Origin: Gammaproteobacteria bacterium
GTDB lineage: Bacteria; Pseudomonadota; Gammaproteobacteria; UBA4575
Length of the DNA: 64,000 nt
Direction: 5' to 3'
Assembly: GCA_965222615.1 (NCBI GenBank)
Contig: CBDCUI010000009.1
Span: 576,001 to 640,000, forward strand
Shown here: positions 40,717 to 50,008 of the stretch, one piece after another
Numbering within the stretch: position 1 is the first letter of the stretch
How the letters are laid out: each line of letters starts with the position of its first letter
Made by a program: the position numbers and the translations under genes
The notes under the pieces: generated by a model
The model's database searches: none
Told to the model about the DNA's origin: nothing
Seen by the model: the letters and a program-made list of their open reading frames with translations, nothing else

Positions 40717-42795
40717 ATGAAATTTTTAAACACTTTCAATAAGTTACGAAATATTAGCTTGGGATTTTTGCTTTTGGTGTGTAGTTCTAATGCCTTTTCA
40801 GCAGGCCTAATGACCCCTGCTACGGGACAATTGCCGGAACTTAAAATCAAACAACACCACGTAAAGGTGGTGGTAGAAGACGGATATGCGATTACGCACA
40901 TCGACCAGACCTTTCACAATCCTCACGACAAAGATTTGGAAGCCATTTATTCCTTTCCCATTCCATCCAAAGCGGCTGTGGGTGAATTTACCTATTGGAT
41001 CGATGGCAACCCCGTGACGGGAGAGGTATTAGAAAAACAAACTGCCAGAGACCTGTACGAACAAGAGAAACAAGCGGGTCGTGAAACGGCTTTAACAGAG
41101 CAAGACAGCTATAAAACTTTTGACACCTCTGTTTACCCAGTGCGTGCTCAACAAGATGTGAAAATTCGCTTGGTATACATACAACCTGCTCACACTGACA
41201 CAGGCATTGGGCAATATACTTATCCGTTAGAAGAAGGTGGCGTAGACGAAGAAAAATTGGCTTTTTGGACATATAACGATGAGGTAACTGAATCGTTCAG
41301 TTTCGATATGCAAATACGCTCTTCTTATCCAATTGATAATGTTCGTTTGCCAAAACACCCGCAAGCCATTATTCAATCTACTTCGAATAAAGAATGGTCC
41401 GCATCTTTAACGAATCAAGCAACAGCTAACATTAATGTTGATGATGCTGAAATAAGTAACACCACAACAGCGCAAGCACAAAGTAGTAATCCTGTGGTTC
41501 ATCGCTTAGACCAGGATATTGTTGTGTATTGGCGCCATCAAGAAGGCTTGCTAGGAAGTGTTGATATGGTGACATACAAAGAAGATCCGAATAGTCGCGG
41601 TACTTTCATGATGACGATTACTCCTGGAGAAGATCTTCCACCCATCACACAAGGACGTGATTGGATATTTGTGCTTGATCTCTCGGGCTCCATGCAAGGT
41701 AAATTTCAAAGTCTAGTTGAAGGTGTAACGAAAGGATTAAATAAATTGAATACCAACGATCGCTTTCGAATCATTTTATTTAATAATTCTGCACGTGAAG
41801 TTACACAGGGCTTTGTTAATGTAACACCGGAAAACATTTCACATTATTCAAATGTGTTGACTAACACTGCGCCTAACGGAAGCACAAATTTATACGCAGG
41901 CTTAGAAATGGGTTTTAACCGCTTAGATAGTGATCGACCCAGTGCAGTAATATTAGTCACAGACGGTGTAGCGAACGTTGGTCTTACTCAAAAGAAAGAT
42001 TTCTTAAAACTGGTTGAAAAGCATGATGTTCGCTTATTTACGTTCGTGATGGGTAACAGTGCAAATCGCCCGTTGCTTGAAGGTATGACAAAGGTATCTA
42101 ATGGTTTTTCTGAAAATATCTCTAACAGCGGTGATATTGTTGGAATATTGCTACTCACTCAATCCAAGCTCAATTATGAGGCTTTACGAGATATCGACAT
42201 CAAAATAAGCGGGGTTAAAGTTAAAGATTTAACTCCTGAGCATGTCGGCAGCTTGTACCGCGGCCAACAACTTATCGTTTTTGGACATTATTGGGATGGT
42301 GGAACAGCAAATGTTGCTATAAATGGCAAAATTTCAGGTCAAGAAAAAACGTACTCTTCTCAGCTTGAGTTTCCTGATAAAGCCGTTTTGCACCCTGAGC
42401 TTGAACGCCTATGGGCTTACGCGACGATAGAAAATATACAAAAACAAATAGACTATCTTGGTGAAGATGCAGACAGTAAAAAGGCGATTATAGATGTAGC
42501 TTTAGAACACAGTTTAGTTACCGATTACACCTCTCTGGTAGTCGTTCGTGATGAAGTTTTTCAAAGCGAAAACATTGCACGCAACAATGCAGTGAGAGTA
42601 GCTAAGGAAGAGCAAGCGCGTGCACAACGTACAACAGGTTCAGTGCGAAATAATCGTCAAGACACCTCACAACCAATGTATAACAACTCTCGTCCTAGCT
42701 TAGGAGGCAGTGGAGGTGGAGCTACTGGCCCATGGATGTTGCTCATTTTATTGTTACCGTTATTAACCAAGAGATTTAAAAAGATTTTGCATTGA
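40717..42795 (+). CDS. Secreted VIT + vWA domain protein with GlyGly-CTERM (rhombosortase) anchor
   Basis: Signal peptide, VIT domain (EAIYSFP), MIDAS DLSGSM, C-terminal GGSGGGATGPWMLLILLLPLLTKRFKK. Confidence 0.88.
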   Translation: MKFLNTFNKLRNISLGFLLLVCSSNAFSAGLMTPATGQLPELKIKQHHVKVVVEDGYAITHIDQTFHNPHDKDLEAIYSFPIPSKAAVGEFTYWIDGNPVTGEVLEKQTARDLYEQEKQAGRETALTEQDSYKTFDTSVYPVRAQQDVKIRLVYIQPAHTDTGIGQYTYPLEEGGVDEEKLAFWTYNDEVTESFSFDMQIRSSYPIDNVRLPKHPQAIIQSTSNKEWSASLTNQATANINVDDAEISNTTTAQAQSSNPVVHRLDQDIVVYWRHQEGLLGSVDMVTYKEDPNSRGTFMMTITPGEDLPPITQGRDWIFVLDLSGSMQGKFQSLVEGVTKGLNKLNTNDRFRIILFNNSAREVTQGFVNVTPENISHYSNVLTNTAPNGSTNLYAGLEMGFNRLDSDRPSAVILVTDGVANVGLTQKKDFLKLVEKHDVRLFTFVMGNSANRPLLEGMTKVSNGFSENISNSGDIVGILLLTQSKLNYEALRDIDIKISGVKVKDLTPEHVGSLYRGQQLIVFGHYWDGGTANVAINGKISGQEKTYSSQLEFPDKAVLHPELERLWAYATIENIQKQIDYLGEDADSKKAIIDVALEHSLVTDYTSLVVVRDEVFQSENIARNNAVRVAKEEQARAQRTTGSVRNNRQDTSQPMYNNSRPSLGGSGGGATGPWMLLILLLPLLTKRFKKILH

Positions 42796-42813
42796 TCGCT
42801 AATAGTAACAAAT

Positions 42814-42853
42814 AAGCGAGCTGTAACGTTTCATTCTTGCAGCTCGCTTTTTT
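42814..42853 (+). terminator. Rho-independent terminator
   Basis: AAGCGAGCTG...CAGCTCGCTTTTTT. Confidence 0.8.
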
Positions 42854-42867
42854 ATTATAAGAGAATA

Positions 42868-43713
42868 TTAGCTAAGCAGTCGTTCGATATCTCTTGCCAA
42901 AGGGTTTAATACATCATTATCGGACCAATAGGTAGTATGACTTAGTGGATTCCAGCTCTTAATGAAGTTACCTGTATTAATGGCATTGTCTTCGTTTACC
43001 TCAAATTTATAGCTTTGCTTTTCGTTTTTCACGCTCAAATTTTTCAGTGGCCAGCCTAATGGATCATCGGGATCGTAAAAGTTCTTCCATTTAAACGAAT
43101 ATCCTTTGCTGGTAGAGGCAATTGCCTTGATTTTATTTTGTGGAATACCGGCTACAAAAACCGGAATACTGCAACCAGTAAAATATAAATACTTTAGTGT
43201 CTTTAACCGACGGAATTTATCCAAAACTGAACCGGGTAGTGAATCATCAAAGCCACCATATCGCCAAGCACCTTGTTGTGGCTCTTTCGCTTGGGCATCC
43301 CAAATAAAATTTGAGATTACATCGCAACCTAAAGATTGGGTAATTAGCACAATATTTGCTTCACCGCCTACCGCGTCATAAGCACGATCGAGTGTATTGA
43401 GAACAATTTCTTGAACCTCTTCGTAAGGACTGCCTGGCTCATTTGCTTTGCGCAAAAATCCTGCGGCATCAGAGAACCCAAATAATAAAAATCTCCTAAG
43501 CGCTATCCAATCAATATCATCCTTGGCTTTAATACGATCAAAAATTCTAGTTTGATTATTTTGGAAAACGTTTGCATAGTAGATTGTGTCAAAATACACA
43601 TTTGACCACGCGCTACCGAGTTTTTTTGCTAGTTTGCCTTGTAATTTTTCAGCAAAATTCGGTGGAGTGTTCCCCATCCCATGAACCGCTAACACGACAA
43701 CTTCTTCTGACAC
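42868..43713 (-). CDS. Alpha/beta-hydrolase-fold-like hypothetical protein
   Basis: VHGMG, TQSLG elbow, NFYDPDDPLGWPL, SHTTYW. Confidence 0.65.
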   Translation of the reverse strand: MSEEVVVLAVHGMGNTPPNFAEKLQGKLAKKLGSAWSNVYFDTIYYANVFQNNQTRIFDRIKAKDDIDWIALRRFLLFGFSDAAGFLRKANEPGSPYEEVQEIVLNTLDRAYDAVGGEANIVLITQSLGCDVISNFIWDAQAKEPQQGAWRYGGFDDSLPGSVLDKFRRLKTLKYLYFTGCSIPVFVAGIPQNKIKAIASTSKGYSFKWKNFYDPDDPLGWPLKNLSVKNEKQSYKFEVNEDNAINTGNFIKSWNPLSHTTYWSDNDVLNPLARDIERLLS

Positions 43714-43997
43714 TACAACACCCCCTTAGTATTTAAAAAATTGTTTTCTATTATAGTAGGTAAAATAAAATGCCCCAATATTGTGGAATGTTTTTTACCT
43801 ACGCACTTCATCAAAATCGATATTGACTACATGCTATTTAATTATCAATATCTTTATACATTGCTTTAACTCTATCATCTAAGCTATTAAATGAACTTCA
43901 TGATTGATACAGAAAATATAATGACTAAGGGTGCTCGATATTTAATTAATTAAAGAATAATTTTTTGGATATGCAGGAAAATCTCAAAAGTTTAAAT

Positions 43998-44023
43998 AAA
44001 AAAGCCCGGCTTTAACCGGGCTT
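43998..44023 (-). terminator. Rho-independent terminator
   Basis: AAGCCCGG / CCGGGCTT stem followed by a T-run on the minus strand, downstream of the 40-aa ORF. Confidence 0.8.
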
Positions 44024-44050
44024 GCCTTGCATCAGGATCACTACTATGTC

Positions 44051-44173
44051 TTAGTGATGGCGTCTAATTTCAGTATCGTGGAAGTAATCTCGATCTTTTA
44101 ATAATCGCCACATCCCTAAAAGGGTGACACCAACTACTGCTAATTGCAGTCCTATGATAAATAATGTTTCCAT
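44051..44173 (-). CDS. Small 40-aa single-TM protein (not in the ORF track)
   Basis: METLFIIGLQLAVVGVTLLGMWRLLKDRDYFHDTEIRRHH; GGGAG RBS, own terminator, upstream CRP-type box. Confidence 0.7.
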   Translation of the reverse strand: METLFIIGLQLAVVGVTLLGMWRLLKDRDYFHDTEIRRHH

Positions 44174-44231
44174 GTCCAACTCCCTATATATAAGTTATCA
44201 GATCTTCTCTAAGAGAAAACGCATTGTCTAA

Positions 44232-44247
44232 TGTGAACTGGTTCACA
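44232..44247. promoter_or_regulatory. CRP-family binding site
   Basis: TGTGA-ACTGGT-TCACA with AA/TTT flanks, matching the consensus TGTGA-N6-TCACA. Confidence 0.7.
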
Positions 44248-44305
44248 TTTTCGTATAAATGATCACTGGTAGATATCTAAGGACGAATGGTAATTTTTTA
44301 CATTG

Positions 44306-44896
44306 CTAACGTTTATACCAAACCAAGCTTCTGTTATTAATTGGCATGGCATAATCTTGGGCCAGCTCAAGACCCTGCTGCTGTGCTAAATGATTTACAT
44401 CGACAAAATCTCTAACACCACTTTGTGGATCGCGTTGTTTGAGGTATTGGTCAAATCTCGCATTGCTTAGACTAGTGTGTGCACCGTTATAAGAAAATGG
44501 TCCATAAATAAATAAAACTCCGTGCTCATCTAGAACGTTACCTATACCTAAAAAAAATTGTTCGATCATTTCCCAAGACATAATGTGCAAAGTGTTTGCT
44601 GTAAAAATTGCATCTGTTTTGACAATATTCCAAGGATGATCACACACATCTAGTTCGATTGGCGGATCAACATTTAGCAATCGTGCTTCATTCACCCAAG
44701 CCTGAATACCAGAAAGATTCTCATGTAAATCGCTTGGCTGCCATATTAGATGCGGAAGATGTTCTGCAAAATACACTGCGTGTTGGCCTGTACCACTACC
44801 AATCTCAAGCACATGGTGACAATCCTGAAATACCTCTATTAAAACCTTAAGAATTGGGTCTTTGTTTTGTTCACATGCTTCAGAATATCTTTGCAT
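44306..44896 (-). CDS. DUF938 SAM-dependent methyltransferase
   Basis: SEACEQNKDPI, LEIGSGTGQH, WQPSD, YGPF, MPINN. Confidence 0.9.
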   Translation of the reverse strand: MQRYSEACEQNKDPILKVLIEVFQDCHHVLEIGSGTGQHAVYFAEHLPHLIWQPSDLHENLSGIQAWVNEARLLNVDPPIELDVCDHPWNIVKTDAIFTANTLHIMSWEMIEQFFLGIGNVLDEHGVLFIYGPFSYNGAHTSLSNARFDQYLKQRDPQSGVRDFVDVNHLAQQQGLELAQDYAMPINNRSLVWYKR

Positions 44897-44906
44897 GATT
44901 AAAAAT

Positions 44907-45257
44907 TTAATTAGATCGGTTTTTTAGTGCAGTATGTTCGTATTTTATTCCACCCCACCCTGTTTTCATAAAACTACGTATATTCTGATGACCTGTGCCA
45001 TTTGGATTATCTAGGACATCTTTTCGATAGAACTCGCCAAAACAAGCCAGTGTTTCTGCCTTACTTAAATTATGTAATTTTGCAAATGCAAATATCTTAC
45101 AGGACCCTTCATTTTCACCTGCATTATTGTATAAGTCGCCATTTCTAAACGAAGTTGGGAAATATGTATAATTTGCATCAATTAATGCAATGGTTTGTTT
45201 GAAATTAATCTTTTCAGGATCTTGAATGAGTAGATGCAAAAACTCTGAAAGCTGCAT
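44907..45257 (-). CDS. HopJ family protein
   Basis: NNAGENEGSCKIF, HQNIRSFMKTGW. Confidence 0.88.
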   Translation of the reverse strand: MQLSEFLHLLIQDPEKINFKQTIALIDANYTYFPTSFRNGDLYNNAGENEGSCKIFAFAKLHNLSKAETLACFGEFYRKDVLDNPNGTGHQNIRSFMKTGWGGIKYEHTALKNRSN

Positions 45258-45275
45258 GAAGGACTAAAGGTGTTA

Positions 45276-45404
45276 TCACCTACCAATTACACCTTGTGGT
45301 GGTTCGTTCGAAGTAACATTTGGATCAATTTCGCCTGTCTCAAACAGGTATATAGCAATCGCAAAGATAGCGATCATGGTACCGATGGTTACTATTTTCT
45401 TCAT
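45276..45404 (-). CDS. Small 42-aa membrane-anchored or secreted protein (not in the ORF track)
   Basis: MKKIVTIGTMIAIFAIAIYLFETGEIDPNVTSNEPPQGVIGR; packed between co-oriented genes. Confidence 0.55.
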   Translation of the reverse strand: MKKIVTIGTMIAIFAIAIYLFETGEIDPNVTSNEPPQGVIGR

Positions 45405-45407
45405 AGA

Positions 45408-45581
45408 TTAATGCAATACACTCATTGCCTGCATGTCGAGGTTTACTAGTTTCCATTTGCCATCAGGCTGTTTTTGTTCATCTGCCTCACAATAAAACAC
45501 CTGGCCAAATTCATTGATTACCGTACAGTATAAATTCGTAGCCTCATGCTTTTCAAAATATAATAGCTGATTAATATCCAT
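45408..45581 (-). CDS. Small 57-aa hypothetical protein (not in the ORF track)
   Basis: MDINQLLYFEKHEATNLYCTVINEFGQVFYCEADEQKQPDGKWKLVNLDMQAMSVLH; AAGGA RBS; directly after a sigma32-like promoter. Confidence 0.55.
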   Translation of the reverse strand: MDINQLLYFEKHEATNLYCTVINEFGQVFYCEADEQKQPDGKWKLVNLDMQAMSVLH

Positions 45582-45612
45582 ATATATATCCTTTGACCGT
45601 TGGTTATTAGCT

Positions 45613-45640
45613 ATATGGGGCCATTTGGCTAAATTTCAAG
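45613..45640 (-). promoter_or_regulatory. Sigma32 (RpoH)-type promoter
   Basis: Minus strand CTTGAAA-N13-CCCCATAT. Confidence 0.75.
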
Positions 45641-45969
45641 TATAAAACCAGTAATTTACCTACTTTAACCAGCATATAGATTGCTCTTAATTTAATTAAA
45701 AATAGATTCATTTGAGAACAGTTTCAAAATTAACCAAAGCCTTTGTTCTTAATCTGCATTATTATTAGTTTGATCTATTAATTAGTAAGAGAAAAACTAT
45801 ACATAGCGCTATGGATCCACAATAACCCAAATATTTACATAATGATAAAGAATTGAATTTCTGTAATTTTTTAATTTTCCTTCTGCATGACTATATTTAA
45901 TAGTTTAGATCTGTGTGGAAATTGCTATGCTATACAGGTCGTAACACTCATAGAGCTGTCGAGAAAATA

Positions 45970-46308
45970 ATGGAAGAAGAAAAAGGCTACAGCGTAAATG
46001 TCAAAGTTAATGACAAATACTTAGAAAATGTAGATGATAATGTTTTCATCTCTATGAAGCTTCTATACAAAGAAGGAAAAGTAGATGGACTAAGCTTCGG
46101 ATCCAATCATGATTTCGTCAATCAGGAACTTTTTACTGCACTTGATCAATTCCAAACTTGGCTTAAATTAAAATTACCCCCTACCGAAATCATCTCAAAA
46201 CTGCAAGAGCTTGACAGTTTACAGTATGGACACGAACTCGCGTGTGATCGAATTGGACAAGCTATTGCGGAACTTTATTACACATTCTTAATGGATAAGA
46301 ACAAGTAA
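45970..46308 (+). CDS. Hypothetical protein
   Basis: 112-aa ORF from ATG 45970; no recognisable motif. Confidence 0.55.
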   Translation: MEEEKGYSVNVKVNDKYLENVDDNVFISMKLLYKEGKVDGLSFGSNHDFVNQELFTALDQFQTWLKLKLPPTEIISKLQELDSLQYGHELACDRIGQAIAELYYTFLMDKNK

Positions 46309-46333
46309 TAAAGAATCATTTAACTTCTACACA

Positions 46334-47152
46334 TCAACAACGATGAATCGCCCATGCAACATCTAAGGCTTGGCGATTTTGCCAAATATCATGGACACGA
46401 AAAATTTTTACCCCAGCTAACACACCGAGTGCTGAAGTTGCACAGGTTGCTGGCATTCTCTCACGTGGGTCTTGTTGGTTTGCTATTTCTCCCATAAAAC
46501 GCTTACGACTGGTCCCAATTAAAACTGGGTAACCTAAAGATGTTATATCAGTGAGATCCCGTAATAATTCTAAATTATGTTGAGTACGCTTTCCGAAGCC
46601 AATACCAGGATCAAGAATAATATTTTCTTTTTTAATACCTAGGTCTTGAGCATTTGTCGCTTGGTTAATCAGAAACTCTGATACCTCTTTAGTAACATTC
46701 TCATAATTAGGACTATCTTGCATGTTTCCAGGATCTCCCTGCATATGCATGAGGCAAATTGGCACATCATTATCTGCTGCAAGTTTTAAAACAGACTTAT
46801 CTTCACGTCCTGCACTAATGTCGTTAAGCATCGTCGCCCCAGCATCTAATGAAGCTTCAGCGACCTCAGACAAAGTCGTATCAATACTTATATGTGTTTG
46901 TGCTGGTAATTCTTTGCGTAAACCTGCGATAACATCAAGTACTCTTCTCTTTTGCTCTTTTGCATCTATACGTTGTGCTCCTGGGCGTGTAGATTCTCCG
47001 CCAACATCAATGATGTCAGCACCCTGCTCTACCATTTCAATACCACGTGTTATTGCATCCTTAGAAGATGGATACATCCCACCATCAGAAAAGCTATCTG
47101 GCGTTACGTTTAATACTCCCATCAGGAGTGGCTTAGAATAATCAAGCTGCAT
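46334..47152 (-). CDS. folP: Dihydropteroate synthase
   Basis: GVLNVTPDSFSDGG, GGESTRPG, DPGIGFGK, SRKRF, RVHD. Confidence 0.96.
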   Translation of the reverse strand: MQLDYSKPLLMGVLNVTPDSFSDGGMYPSSKDAITRGIEMVEQGADIIDVGGESTRPGAQRIDAKEQKRRVLDVIAGLRKELPAQTHISIDTTLSEVAEASLDAGATMLNDISAGREDKSVLKLAADNDVPICLMHMQGDPGNMQDSPNYENVTKEVSEFLINQATNAQDLGIKKENIILDPGIGFGKRTQHNLELLRDLTDITSLGYPVLIGTSRKRFMGEIANQQDPRERMPATCATSALGVLAGVKIFRVHDIWQNRQALDVAWAIHRC

Positions 47153-47178
47153 ATATGTATAAGTTTACAATGTATTTA

Positions 47179-48111
47179 TCAATGTGTTATCACTTGTTTA
47201 AATGGTTCTACTTTTATCTTGCTTCCAACTCTTACCACCATTAAATCTTCACCTAGATGAATTTCACCAGAATAGTTATCTTCAATATCTTTCATGAGCG
47301 AGTCCTCATCAATCCCTAAAATAATGGCATGAGTCAGAACTGCTACACGTGGTTTCACTTCATTTAATATTTGTGTTAACTGACCAGGGTTAGTGTGATA
47401 TTGCTCTATCTTTTGTAAACGTGGATTTTTTTCAAGCAAGCTCTCTTTAGCAGCAAAAATTTCATGAATCAACACATCTATGTCTTTTGAGTGATCAATT
47501 AAATTTTTTGAATATGTTGTATCACCTGATACAACAATAGATCGCTCACCAAAATCAATTCTATATCCATAAGCAGGATCCACTGGTTTGTGATTTACTA
47601 AAAATGCGGTTACCTTAACATTGCTATCTGTATAAATCACACCAGGTTTAATCTCAACTGCCATCAGCTTTGCTGCATTGGGATCTAGTCCAGCATGTTG
47701 GTGCCGTAATGAAGCATCGTAGGCATATGCTTGCTGCAAATGTTGCACAAAGGATGCTGTTCCACTGGGACCAAAAACCGTAAGAGCTTGAGGCCGTTGA
47801 TAAATCCACCCCGTTAACCATAAGTCATCAAGCGCAGAAATATGATCCGAGTGCAAATGTGTAAGAAAGACCTGGTGAATCTTAGTTATTGGAATGTCTA
47901 ACTGCTCTAATCTCTGTACCACGGTACGCCCTGCATCAAATAATAGATGCTTACCACCTGCTTCAATTAATACGGCAGGACCTGCTCGCCGAACATCAGG
48001 TCTAGGACTGCCAGTACCCAATAATGTTACTTGCACGAAATCAGCAAAAAGTAAGGAGGGGACCAATAATAATATAGCCAATATAAAAAACTTATTAAAT
48101 AACTTCTGCAT
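47179..48111 (-). CDS. Secreted MBL-fold hydrolase (RNase Z/arylsulfatase AtsA-like)
   Basis: Signal peptide, LLGTGSP, THLHSDH, SGDT. Confidence 0.85.
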   Translation of the reverse strand: MQKLFNKFFILAILLLVPSLLFADFVQVTLLGTGSPRPDVRRAGPAVLIEAGGKHLLFDAGRTVVQRLEQLDIPITKIHQVFLTHLHSDHISALDDLWLTGWIYQRPQALTVFGPSGTASFVQHLQQAYAYDASLRHQHAGLDPNAAKLMAVEIKPGVIYTDSNVKVTAFLVNHKPVDPAYGYRIDFGERSIVVSGDTTYSKNLIDHSKDIDVLIHEIFAAKESLLEKNPRLQKIEQYHTNPGQLTQILNEVKPRVAVLTHAIILGIDEDSLMKDIEDNYSGEIHLGEDLMVVRVGSKIKVEPFKQVITH

Positions 48112-48126
48112 ATATCTTAAATATAG

Positions 48127-49923
48127 CTAATTACCTTTATCTACTCGCAATACGGCTAAAAACGCTTCTTGAGGGATTTCCACTTTACCAATTTGCTTCA
48201 TTCGTTTTTTACCTGCTTTTTGCTTTTCAAGCAGTTTCTTCTTTCGGGTTACATCACCACCATAACATTTTGCAGTAACATTCTTCCGCAATGCCTTAGT
48301 AGTGGTGCGCGCAATTATTTTTGAACCAATAGCTGCTTGAATCGCTACATCGTACATTTGCCTTGGTATTATCTCTTTCATCTTCACCGCCAGATCTCTC
48401 CCATACGATTGTGCTTGATCCCTATGTACGATTACGGATAGTGCATCGACGCGCTCAGAATTGATTAATATATCTAGCTTTACTAACGGCGCTTCTGAAA
48501 AATGAGATTGATAGTAATCAAATGATGCATAACCGCGACTTACTGATTTCAATTTATCAAAAAAGTCCAATACTACTTCACTTAGTGGTAACTCGAATAC
48601 AACAGAAACTTGCTTGCCGTGATAATGTAAACTTTTTTGAATTCCACGTTTTTCAATACATAACGTGATTACATTTCCAACATAATCATGCGGAACTAAA
48701 ATCGTAGCACGAATGATTGGTTCACGTATCTCCTTAACTTTATTCGTTGGAGGTAAATTAGAAGGATTGTGAATATAAGTTATTTCGCCATCTGTTGTAT
48801 GTACTTCGTGTACTACGGTAGGCGCAGTTGTAATTAAATCTAATGCGTACTCACGTTCCAATCTTTCTTGTACAATTTCCATATGTAGCATGCCCAAAAA
48901 TCCGCAGCGAAACCCAAACCCCAATGCATCGGAGGTTTCAGGTTCATATGTAAATGCAGAATCATTTAAACTAAGCTTTTCCAGAGCATCGCGAAATGAC
49001 TCATAGTCATCTGAGCTAACAGGAAAAACTCCTGCAAAAACGTTTGGCTGAACCTCTTTAAATCCTTCCAGTGGTTGTTCAGCGGGATGTGAAGTTAATG
49101 TATAAGTGTCACCTACTTTTGCGGCAGAAATATCTTTTATTCCACAAATGACGTAGCCAACTTGTCCCGTTTGTAGTGCTTCTTTTTCTGTACGCTTTGG
49201 TGTGAACACTCCTAACTTTTCAACTTGGTAATTGCGACCCGATGACATCGCAGTAATCTTTTGCTTCGGCTTAATGGTTCCATCGATGACTCGTACTAAC
49301 GATATCACGCCTACATAATTATCAAACCAAGAATCTACGATAAGTGCCTTGAGGGTTCCCGCACTATTGCCAGTAGGCGCTGGAAATCGATTCACAATCG
49401 CTTCGAGAACATCTTCTACCCCTTCTCCGGTTTTAGCGCTTGCCAATAAAGGTTCAGATGCATCAATACCAATAACTTCTTCAATCTCCGTGATGACTCT
49501 ATCTGGATCTGCTGAGGGGAGATCTATTTTATTTAATACTGGAATAATTTCTAAACCAAGATCAATAGCGGTATAGCAGTTTGCAACACTTTGTGCCTCA
49601 ACACCTTGAGATGCATCCACAATCAACAAAGCCCCTTCACAGGCCGCTAAAGATCGTGATACTTCATAGGAAAAATCAACATGGCCGGGGGTATCGATGA
49701 GGTTTAACTGGTAGGTTTCCCCATCTTCAGCCTTATACTCTAGTGAAACACTTTGCGCCTTAATCGTGATTCCACGCTCTTTTTCAAGATCCATAGAATC
49801 TAACACCTGAGCACTCATCTCACGCTCAGATAAGCCACCACAGTATTGAATAAAGCGATCCGCTAAAGTGGATTTCCCATGATCAATATGCGCAATAATA
49901 GAGAAGTTGCGAATGCGCTCCAT
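48127..49923 (-). CDS. lepA: Elongation factor 4
   Basis: [39 protein letters not shown]. Confidence 0.98.
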   Translation of the reverse strand: MERIRNFSIIAHIDHGKSTLADRFIQYCGGLSEREMSAQVLDSMDLEKERGITIKAQSVSLEYKAEDGETYQLNLIDTPGHVDFSYEVSRSLAACEGALLIVDASQGVEAQSVANCYTAIDLGLEIIPVLNKIDLPSADPDRVITEIEEVIGIDASEPLLASAKTGEGVEDVLEAIVNRFPAPTGNSAGTLKALIVDSWFDNYVGVISLVRVIDGTIKPKQKITAMSSGRNYQVEKLGVFTPKRTEKEALQTGQVGYVICGIKDISAAKVGDTYTLTSHPAEQPLEGFKEVQPNVFAGVFPVSSDDYESFRDALEKLSLNDSAFTYEPETSDALGFGFRCGFLGMLHMEIVQERLEREYALDLITTAPTVVHEVHTTDGEITYIHNPSNLPPTNKVKEIREPIIRATILVPHDYVGNVITLCIEKRGIQKSLHYHGKQVSVVFELPLSEVVLDFFDKLKSVSRGYASFDYYQSHFSEAPLVKLDILINSERVDALSVIVHRDQAQSYGRDLAVKMKEIIPRQMYDVAIQAAIGSKIIARTTTKALRKNVTAKCYGGDVTRKKKLLEKQKAGKKRMKQIGKVEIPQEAFLAVLRVDKGN

Positions 49924-50008
49924 AATAGGTATTTAGGAGTTAACTCTAAAGCCAATTTGTAACAGCCCTGATTATGGCCTAGTTTGACTTACTTTTGCTA
50001 ACTTTCCG

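Noticed and set aside
44907-45257. HopJ as evidence of type III secretion
   Set aside because: The family is widespread in non-pathogens and no T3SS genes are in the window.
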